Position numbers and translations under genes: made by a program. A model generated the notes under the pieces. That model worked only from the letters and a program-made list of their open reading frames with translations, did not search any database and was not told the origin of the DNA. A stretch of 25,384 bases of DNA from a virus (Duplodnaviria > Caudoviricetes), in the IMG/VR virus record IMGVR_UViG_3300000574_000109, positions 1 to 25,384 of that record. The stretch is one strand, 5' to 3'. Positions within the stretch are counted from its first letter, which is position 1; each line of letters opens with the position of its first letter. Below are positions 9,046-16,048 of this stretch, piece after piece.

Positions 9046-9274
9046 CCGGGAACGAAGGGGTGAGGGGTGAAAGAAGTCAGCCCAGAAAGGGCGGCGAGGG
9101 GGTGAAGGAAGGGGAAAGAAGGGTGAAAGAAGATTTGAACGTAAGTCCTTATATATCAACACACTCTCATCTTCTTTCTCCCTTTCACCCTATGCCCGCG
9201 CGCCCGCGTATAGGCGCGTATAGACCCCCTTTTCCGCGTGTGTGTGTAGGGGGGGGGGTGAAAGAAGAAAGAAG
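9033..9274. repeat. Iteron-like repeats around an AT-rich core; putative replication origin
   Basis: GGGTGAAAGAAG at 9065, 9121, 9256; variant GGGTGAAGGAAG at 9100; inverted CTTTCACCC at 9182-9190; AT-rich 9133-9164. Confidence 0.7.
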
Positions 9275-9403
9275 CCCCCCATGGCCCTGAGCTGGGGCGG
9301 GGAGGGGGGGCAAAAGGTACTCCGCCGCGCTCGACGCGCGACAGGCACGCCGGATCAGCCGCGCTTCTAGGTTCACTTTGTTTGACGGAAGGAGAAAGAC
9401 CCC

Positions 9404-10864
9404 ATGGACATTGAACTGAGAAGCCCCGACGAGATCCGCCCCTACGAGGGCAACCCCCGCCAGAACGCGGCGGCCATCGAGGCCGTGGCGGCGTCGATCA
9501 AGGCCTTCGGCTTCCGTCAGCCCATCGTGGTGGACGCCGAGGGCGTCATCATCTGCGGCCACACCCGCCACAAGGCCGCGCAGAAGCTCGGCCTCGCCAA
9601 GGTCCCGGTCCACGTCGCCCGGGAGTTGACGCCGCTCCAGGTCCGGGCGCTCCGCCTCGCCGACAACAAGACCCACGAGCTCGCGGAATGGGACCTGGAG
9701 CTCCTGCCCAAGGAGTTGCAGGCCCTCCTCGACGAGGCCTTCGACATCGAGAGCATCGGGTTCAGCCCCGAGGACCTGAAGACCCTCACGGACACGGGGG
9801 AGGACCCCAAGGCCAGGAAACTCACGGAGCGCTTCCTCGTGCCACCCTTCTCCGTGCTCGACGCCCGCCAGGGCTACTGGCAAAGCCGCAAGGAGGAATG
9901 GCTCACGCTCGGGATCGAGAGCGAGCTCGGCCGCCACGAAGGCGGCGAGGGCAAGCCCACCTTCTCGGTGAGCAGCCAGCCCATCCACGTCTACAAGCAG
10001 AAGGGCGCCTTCGAGGAGAAGCTCGGCCGCAAGGTCACCTGGGAGGAGTTCTACGTCGCGAACCCCGACGCCTACTGCCAGCCAGGGACGAGCATCTTCG
10101 ACCCCGTGCTCTCTGAGCTGGTCGTCCGGTGGTTCTGCCCGATGGGCGGGACGGTGCTCGACCCCTTCGCCGGCGGGAGCGTGCGCGGCATCGTCGCCAG
10201 CCGCCTCGGCCGCAAGTACGTCGGCGTCGAGCTTCGCCGCGAGCAGATCGAGGCCAACCGGAAGCAGGCCGAGCGCATCTGCACCGGGCCGATGCCCGAA
10301 TGGATCGAGGGCGACAGCCGCGACATCCAGAAGCTCGCCGCCGGCGTCGAGGCCGATCTTGTTTTTTCGTGCCCGCCCTACGCCGACCTCGAACGCTACA
10401 GCGACGACCCGCGCGACCTATCGACGATGGACTATGCGGAATTCCGCCGCAACTACCGCGAGATCGTCGCGGCCTCGACCGCTCTGCTCAAGCCCAACCG
10501 CTTCGCCTGCTTCGTCGTCGGCGACCTCCGCGACAAGGCGGGCTTCTACCGCGACTTCCCCATGCACACCGTCGAGGCCTTCGAGGGGGCGGGGCTCCGC
10601 TTCTACAACGACGCCGTGCTCGTGACGCAGATCGCCTCGCTCCCCGTGCGGGTCGCCAACTACTTCACCAAGAGCCGCAAGCTCGGAAAGGCGCACCAGA
10701 ACGTCCAGGTCTTCTACAAGGGCGCCCTCCAGGCCTTCCAAGACGACTTCCAGCTCGTGAAGCACCACGAGAACGTGATGCTCTTCGCCAAGGGATCGCC
10801 CGAGCAGGCGACCGCCGACCTGGGGGAGGTCGAGATCACCACCATCGCGGAGGACCCGGCGTGA
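9404..10864 (+). CDS. ParB/Srx N-terminal domain fused to a SAM-dependent DNA amino-methyltransferase-like domain
   Basis: PYEGNPR, FGFRQPIVVD, GHTR, LRLADNK (ParB-N); LDPFAGG (motif I); FSCPPY (motif IV variant); AAGGAG RBS. Confidence 0.9.
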   Translation: MDIELRSPDEIRPYEGNPRQNAAAIEAVAASIKAFGFRQPIVVDAEGVIICGHTRHKAAQKLGLAKVPVHVARELTPLQVRALRLADNKTHELAEWDLELLPKELQALLDEAFDIESIGFSPEDLKTLTDTGEDPKARKLTERFLVPPFSVLDARQGYWQSRKEEWLTLGIESELGRHEGGEGKPTFSVSSQPIHVYKQKGAFEEKLGRKVTWEEFYVANPDAYCQPGTSIFDPVLSELVVRWFCPMGGTVLDPFAGGSVRGIVASRLGRKYVGVELRREQIEANRKQAERICTGPMPEWIEGDSRDIQKLAAGVEADLVFSCPPYADLERYSDDPRDLSTMDYAEFRRNYREIVAASTALLKPNRFACFVVGDLRDKAGFYRDFPMHTVEAFEGAGLRFYNDAVLVTQIASLPVRVANYFTKSRKLGKAHQNVQVFYKGALQAFQDDFQLVKHHENVMLFAKGSPEQATADLGEVEITTIAEDPA

Positions 10865-11553
10865 CGCTCCCTGCCCCCGTCCTCGAGGAGGTCGAAGGCT
10901 TCCTGGTCGTGCGCGACGACCTGGTCCCCGGCGGCACGAAGCGCCGCGTCCTGGAGCCCCTCGTCGCGGCTTCGCCGGCGCGGGAGTTCGTCTACGCCTC
11001 CCCCGCCTACGGATACGCCCAGGTCGCCTTGGCGCATGCCTGCGCGGCCGCGGGCAAGCGCGCCACGGTGTTCGTCGCCCAGAGGAAAGCGCTCCATCCG
11101 CGGACCGCCGAGGCCCAGGCCGCCGGGGCGCGTCTCGTCGAGGTCCCGCACGGCTACCTCACCCACGTCCAGGTCAGGGCGCGGGCCTCCGCGCGCGTGA
11201 CCGGGGCCGAGCTCCTGCCGTTCGGGATGGACACCCCGGAGTTCATCGAGGCCCTCGCGGGGATCGCCAAGGCGCTCCCCGTCGAGCCCCGGGAGGTCTG
11301 GACCGTCGCCGGATCAGGCGTCCTCACCCGCGCCCTGCAACAGGCCTGGCCGGAGGCCGTCTTCCACGCTGTGCGGATCGGCCACACCCCCGACGCCGGC
11401 CGCGCGACGCTCTGGCGCGCGCCGGAGAGGTTCGAGCAGGCCGCCAAGACCCGGCCGCCCTTCCCCAGCTCAGACAACTACGACGCCAAGGCCTGGCGGT
11501 TCCTCAGGCAGTGGGGCAGGCCCGGCGCCCTCTTCTGGAACGTGGGAGCCTAG
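10861..11553 (+). CDS. Fold-type II PLP-dependent enzyme (ACC deaminase/D-cysteine desulfhydrase-like)
   Basis: GTG overlapping the upstream stop; VRDDLVPGGTKRR (Schiff-base Lys), VAGSG, NYDAKA, LFWNVG; 230 aa. Confidence 0.82.
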   Translation: MTLPAPVLEEVEGFLVVRDDLVPGGTKRRVLEPLVAASPAREFVYASPAYGYAQVALAHACAAAGKRATVFVAQRKALHPRTAEAQAAGARLVEVPHGYLTHVQVRARASARVTGAELLPFGMDTPEFIEALAGIAKALPVEPREVWTVAGSGVLTRALQQAWPEAVFHAVRIGHTPDAGRATLWRAPERFEQAAKTRPPFPSSDNYDAKAWRFLRQWGRPGALFWNVGA

Positions 11554-11556
11554 ACC

Positions 11557-12063
11557 ATGGAAGGCCAAGACGGAGACCCCGCGGCCCGGACGGCGATAGA
11601 AAAGATCGTCCTCCTCATGGTCAGCGGCATGAGCCAGGCCGACCTGGAAAGCGCCTGTGTCATGAAGCTCGGGCTGGAGCCGGAACGCGTGGCCTCAGCC
11701 GTCGCCGAGGCGCGCCGCAGGCTCACCCGTGCGGCCGACTACAACCGCGACGAGCAGCTCGGGACGGCCATCACCCGCATGAACGATCTCTACGCCCGGG
11801 CCGTCCGCACGGGCGACCTCAAGACCGCGCTCACCGCCCAGCGCGAGATCAACAAGCTCATGGACCTCTACCGCGAGGCCATTGGGGGGGAGGGTCCGGA
11901 GGCCGAGCACGCCGACCCCGAAGGGGCCCAGGCCGAGCTTGCCGCGATCCGCCGGCACCTCCTGCCGCTGGGGTTGGCAGCCGAGAGCTACCCCCTGCGC
12001 GAACACGCCCGAATCGCCGCCGACCTGATCCGTGAACAGGGGAAACCATGCCCCGGCGCGTAA
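11557..12063 (+). CDS. Putative terminase small subunit
   Basis: 168 aa helical protein overlapping the start of the large subunit; call is positional. Confidence 0.6.
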   Translation: MEGQDGDPAARTAIEKIVLLMVSGMSQADLESACVMKLGLEPERVASAVAEARRRLTRAADYNRDEQLGTAITRMNDLYARAVRTGDLKTALTAQREINKLMDLYREAIGGEGPEAEHADPEGAQAELAAIRRHLLPLGLAAESYPLREHARIAADLIREQGKPCPGA

Positions 12064-14126
12064 CCAAGGACGACTACCTCAAGCGCAAGGAGAGCGCCCG
12101 GGCCCGGGCGTCCGAGGAGAGCCGCATCGGCCGCGACATCGGCGACATCCCGCCGGTGCTGGATTCAGGCCGCAAGGCCGCCGCGCGCACCGATTTCAGA
12201 CGCTTCTGCGAGGCCTACTTCCCGCAGCGCTTCACCCTCCCCTGGTCGGCGGACCACCAGCGCGTCATCGCCAAGATCGAGGAGGCCGTGCTGGATGGCG
12301 GCCTCTTCGCCATGGCCATGCCGCGAGGCTCGGGCAAGACCACGCTCTGCGAATGCGCCGTGCTCTGGTCCCTCCTCATCGGGGCCCACCCCTTCGTGTT
12401 CCTCATCGGGAGCTGCGAGGAGCACGCGCTCGCCATGCTCGACAACCTCAAGAGCGAGCTCATGCACAACGAGCTCCTGCTCGCAGACTTCCCCGAGGCG
12501 GTCTACCCCATCCGATGCCTCGAAAACCAGAGCCGCCGCTGCGTCGGGCAGATCCACCACGGCCGCTCCACCTATATCAGCTGGAACGCCGACCAGCTCA
12601 TCCTGCCGAGCATCCCCGGCAGCCGGGCCTCGGCGGCCATCATCCGGGTAGCCGGGCTCACCGGGAACCTGCGCGGCGCGGTCCATACCAGGCCCGACGG
12701 CAGGCGGGTCCGGCCCAGCCTCGTCATCCTCGACGATCCCCAGACGGACCAGTCCGCGCGCTCACCCTCTCAGTGCGCCTACCGCGAGAGCATCCTCGCG
12801 GGGGCGGTCCTGGGCCTGGCCGGCCCGGGAAAGAAGATCAGCGGCATCCTGCCCTGCACGGTGATCCGCCCAGAGGACATGGCCGACAACATCCTCGACC
12901 GCGACAAGCACCCGCAGTGGCAGGGCGAGCGGACCAAGATGGTCTACGCATTCCCCACGAACGAGAAGCTCTGGGAGGAGTATGCCCAGGTCCGGGCCGA
13001 GGAACTCAGAAGCGACCGGGGGATCAGGGCCGCGACCGAGTTCTACCGCCGACACCGCGAGGAGATGGACCTCGGCGCGCGGATCGCCTGGCCCGAGCGC
13101 TTCAACACCGACGAGGCCTCGGCCGTCCAGCACGCCATGAACCTGAAGCTCCAAGACGAGGCCGCCTTCTTCGCCGAGTACCAGAACGAGCCGCTCCCTG
13201 AGGACGTGGGCGACGGCGAGGTCCTGACCCCCGATGACGTGGCGGCGAAGACGAACGGCCTAAAGCGCGCCGAGGTCGCCATCGGCGCGAGCCGCCTGAC
13301 GATGTTCATCGACGTGCAGCAGAAGCTCCTCTTCTACACCGTCGTCGCCTGGGAGGAGGACTTCACCGGTTACGTCATCGACTACGGGAGCTACCCCGAC
13401 CAGCAGCGGGCCTTCTTTACCTTGAGAGACGCCCGTCGGACGCTCGCCATGCAAGCCTCTGGCGCAGGGCTCGAAGGCTCGATCTACGCCGGGCTCGAAG
13501 CGCTCCTCAACGACTACCTCGGCCGCGAGTGGCGGCGCGACGACGGAGCGCGCATGAAGATCGACCGCTGCCTCGTGGACGCCAACTGGGGCTCGTCCAC
13601 GGAGGTGATCTACCAGTTCTGCCGGCAGTCGAAGCACGCGGCGCTGCTCCTTCCCAGCCACGGCCGCTTCGTCGGCGCCTCCTCGATGCCGTTCACGGAG
13701 TACAAGCGCAAGCTCGGCGACCGCGTCGGCCACAACTGGCGCGTCCCCAATGTCGCCGGCAAGCGCGCCATCAGGCACGTCGTCTACGACACCAACTACT
13801 GGAAGTCCTTCCTCTACGCGCGCCTCGCCGTCCCGATGGGCGACAGGGGCTGCCTCTCGCTCTTCGGCGACAAGCCCGACCTGCACCGCCTCATCGCCGA
13901 GCACGTCTGCGCCGAGTACCGCGTGAAGACGGAGGGCCGCGGGCGGGTCGTGGACGAATGGAAGATGCGCCCCGAGCAGTTCGACAACCACTGGCTCGAT
14001 TGCCTGGTCGGCTGCGCCGTCGCTGCCTCGCTCGAAGGCGTGGTCCTGCCCGGCACCGACGCGGCCAGGCCGCCCCGTGCCGCTCGCCTGAAGCTCTCCG
14101 ATCTTCAGAAGGACAGGCGGAGATGA
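12048..14126 (+). CDS. terL: Terminase large subunit (lambda GpA-like nuclease domain)
   Basis: Walker A MPRGSGKTT, Walker B VILDDPQ, EYQNEP, nuclease acidic motifs FIDVQ, LVDANWG, NHWLDC. Confidence 0.92.
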   Translation: MPRRVTKDDYLKRKESARARASEESRIGRDIGDIPPVLDSGRKAAARTDFRRFCEAYFPQRFTLPWSADHQRVIAKIEEAVLDGGLFAMAMPRGSGKTTLCECAVLWSLLIGAHPFVFLIGSCEEHALAMLDNLKSELMHNELLLADFPEAVYPIRCLENQSRRCVGQIHHGRSTYISWNADQLILPSIPGSRASAAIIRVAGLTGNLRGAVHTRPDGRRVRPSLVILDDPQTDQSARSPSQCAYRESILAGAVLGLAGPGKKISGILPCTVIRPEDMADNILDRDKHPQWQGERTKMVYAFPTNEKLWEEYAQVRAEELRSDRGIRAATEFYRRHREEMDLGARIAWPERFNTDEASAVQHAMNLKLQDEAAFFAEYQNEPLPEDVGDGEVLTPDDVAAKTNGLKRAEVAIGASRLTMFIDVQQKLLFYTVVAWEEDFTGYVIDYGSYPDQQRAFFTLRDARRTLAMQASGAGLEGSIYAGLEALLNDYLGREWRRDDGARMKIDRCLVDANWGSSTEVIYQFCRQSKHAALLLPSHGRFVGASSMPFTEYKRKLGDRVGHNWRVPNVAGKRAIRHVVYDTNYWKSFLYARLAVPMGDRGCLSLFGDKPDLHRLIAEHVCAEYRVKTEGRGRVVDEWKMRPEQFDNHWLDCLVGCAVAASLEGVVLPGTDAARPPRAARLKLSDLQKDRRR

Positions 14127-14311
14127 AGGGCCCCCTGTCCGACCCTGCGAAGCCCGCCCCGCGTGACAGGCGGGGGCTCGAATGCCCAGCCTGCGGGTGC
14201 CGGCACTTCCAGGTCATCTACACCCGGGCAGCCTGGGGCGGGCGAATCATGCGGCGGCGCGAGTGCCGCCACTGCGGCAGGCGGATCACGACCTACGAAC
14301 AGGCCCCCTAA
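14123..14311 (+). CDS. Stand-alone NrdR-N/Ogr-like zinc-ribbon protein
   Basis: CPACG...VIYTR...IMRRRECRHCGRRITTYE resembles the NrdR N-terminal ribbon; ATGA overlap with terL; 62 aa; no ATP cone. Confidence 0.85.
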   Translation: MKGPLSDPAKPAPRDRRGLECPACGCRHFQVIYTRAAWGGRIMRRRECRHCGRRITTYEQAP

Positions 14312-14321
14312 AGCCCTGCCG

Positions 14322-14414
14322 GTTCTACCGGTGTAACGATTCTTGCCCTCCGGACCCCGGGGCGGCGAGTTTCAGCAGGCAGCGGGTAACAACTCCCGAG
14401 GGACCATCGGGAGG
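14322..14414 (+). promoter_or_regulatory. Putative late promoter region: 16-bp dyad, promoter-like motif and RBS hairpin
   Basis: GTTCTACCGGTGTAAC (12/16 symmetric) at 14322-14337; CGGGTAACAAC at 14383-14393; CTCCCGA/TCGGGAG stem at 14393-14413. Confidence 0.5.
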
Positions 14415-14419
14415 ACCGC

Positions 14420-14617
14420 GTGACCGAGGAGCTCAAGGACAAGATCCAGGAGAACGCCTCCGGCCCCAAGCGGGCGCGGGGGGACTCCGGCGAGATCGAG
14501 CAGCACGACCTCAAGGACCAGATCGAGGCCGACCGCTACCTCGCGTCCAAGGCGGCCGCGAAAAATAAGACCCTCGGCATCCGCTTCGCCAAACTGGTTC
14601 CCCCGGGGGCGGATTAG
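14420..14617 (+). CDS. gpW-like head completion protein
   Basis: 65 aa between terminase and lambda-type portal; GGAGG RBS before GTG; call is positional. Confidence 0.7.
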   Translation: MTEELKDKIQENASGPKRARGDSGEIEQHDLKDQIEADRYLASKAAAKNKTLGIRFAKLVPPGAD

Positions 14618-16048
14618 ATGCCCCGGCTCCTGGACCGTCTCCTGGGACGGGGCGTGAAGCCCCCGATCCGGAGCTCTCTCAAGATCCCCCTTCGGGGCCG
14701 ATACGACGGCGCGCAGACCACGGACGACAACCGCCGCCACTGGGCCGCCGCGGACGCGCTCTCGGCCGGGGCCGCCGCGGTCCCTGGAGTCCGTCGCACG
14801 CTCCGCATGCGCTCCCGCTACGAGGTGGCGAACAACGCCTACGCCCGCGGGGTCGTCTCCACCCTGGCCAACGACACCATCGGGACCGGGGTGCGCCTCC
14901 AGATGGCGACGCCAGACGGGGATGCGAACAACCTCATCGAGGAAGTGTTCTCGGAGTGGGCCCAGGCCGTCTGCCTGGCCTCGAAGCTGAGGACCATGCG
15001 GATGGCGAAGACCCAGGACGGCGAGGTCTTCGGCATCCTGACGAGCAACCCCAGGCTGCCGACGGACATCAAGCTGGACCTCAGGCTGATCGAGGCCGAC
15101 CAGGTCGCCAACCCCTGGACCGTGGCCACGATGCGGAGCATGTCGGACGGCATCGAGTTCGACGCCTGGGGGAACCCCATCGGCTACTGGGTCCTCAGGC
15201 ACCACCCGGGGGACCTTTTCACGATGGGGGCCTACGAGTCGGACTTGGTCCCCGCCGAGGCGGTCATCCACTACTTCCGGACGGACCGTCCGGGACAGCT
15301 CAGGGGCATCCCGGAGATCACGCCCGCCCTGGGGCTCTTCGCGCAGTTGCGCCGCTACACCTCCGCCGTCCTCGCGGCGGCCGAGGTCGCGGCGGACCAG
15401 TCGCTCGTGATCTACACGGACGCTCCCGCGAACGGGGAGTCGGACGCGATGGTGCCCATGGACACCATCGAGCTGGAGAAGCGGATGGCGACCGTCATGC
15501 CCGGCGGTTGGAAGCTGGGGCAGGCCAAGGCGGAGCAGCCGACCACCACCTACGGGGACTTCAAGCACGAGATCCTCAACGAGATCGGCCGCTGCCTGAA
15601 CATGCCCCTGAACGTCGTCCTGGCCAATTCCAGCAGCTACAACTACGCCTCCGGCCGCCTCGACCACCAGGTCTACTTCAAGTCGATCCGGGTGGAGCAG
15701 GCGGCCATCGAGCACGTGATCCTGGAGCGCGTCTTCGCGGCGTGGTTCGCGGAGGCCGTCCTGATCGAGGGGCTCCTGCCCCAGTCCCTCAGGCGCGTGG
15801 ACGCGAAGCCGAGCCACCAGTGGTTCTGGGACGGGCAGGAGCACGTGGACCCGATGAAGGAGGCCACGGCCCAGGGCGAGCGCCTGCTCAACCACACCAC
15901 CACCCTGGCGGAGGAGTACGCCAAGCGCGGGAAGGATTGGGAGGCCGAGATCCGCCAGGCCGGCGTCGAGGCCGCGCTCCTGAAGGAGCTGGACTTGGCC
16001 GTTCCCACCCGGCTGGCGCCGGCTCCCGCGGGAGCACCCGGTGATTAG
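14618..16048 (+). CDS. Portal protein, lambda family
   Basis: LRMRSRYEVANNAYARG, DGIEFDAWG, RPGQLRGIP, YNYASGRLD, VDPMKE. Confidence 0.93.
   Translation: MPRLLDRLLGRGVKPPIRSSLKIPLRGRYDGAQTTDDNRRHWAAADALSAGAAAVPGVRRTLRMRSRYEVANNAYARGVVSTLANDTIGTGVRLQMATPDGDANNLIEEVFSEWAQAVCLASKLRTMRMAKTQDGEVFGILTSNPRLPTDIKLDLRLIEADQVANPWTVATMRSMSDGIEFDAWGNPIGYWVLRHHPGDLFTMGAYESDLVPAEAVIHYFRTDRPGQLRGIPEITPALGLFAQLRRYTSAVLAAAEVAADQSLVIYTDAPANGESDAMVPMDTIELEKRMATVMPGGWKLGQAKAEQPTTTYGDFKHEILNEIGRCLNMPLNVVLANSSSYNYASGRLDHQVYFKSIRVEQAAIEHVILERVFAAWFAEAVLIEGLLPQSLRRVDAKPSHQWFWDGQEHVDPMKEATAQGERLLNHTTTLAEEYAKRGKDWEAEIRQAGVEAALLKELDLAVPTRLAPAPAGAPGD

Noticed and set aside
9033-9274. Repeats as a CRISPR array or G-quadruplex element
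   Set aside because: Repeats are short, irregularly spaced and in both orientations, with no cas genes; origin iterons explain them more simply
9042-9290. 82-aa ORF overlapping the primase stop
   Set aside because: Its sequence is dictated by the iteron repeats and G run, with atypical codons; expression cannot be excluded given the ATGA overlap
10358-10369. T6 run just before the CPPY codons as a phase-variation or frameshift site
   Set aside because: The run is short, the frame is intact and no alternative product is evident
3466-10860. Long N-terminal extensions in the track (starts 3466, 3885, 4820, 6430, 10129)
   Set aside because: They overlap upstream genes; RBS or stop-start coupling supports starts at 3733, 4488, 4940, 6976 and 10861
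9404-10864. Restriction-modification or partition (ParABS) system
   Set aside because: No adjacent endonuclease or ParA; ParB-N/methyltransferase fusions beside terminase genes are a known phage arrangement
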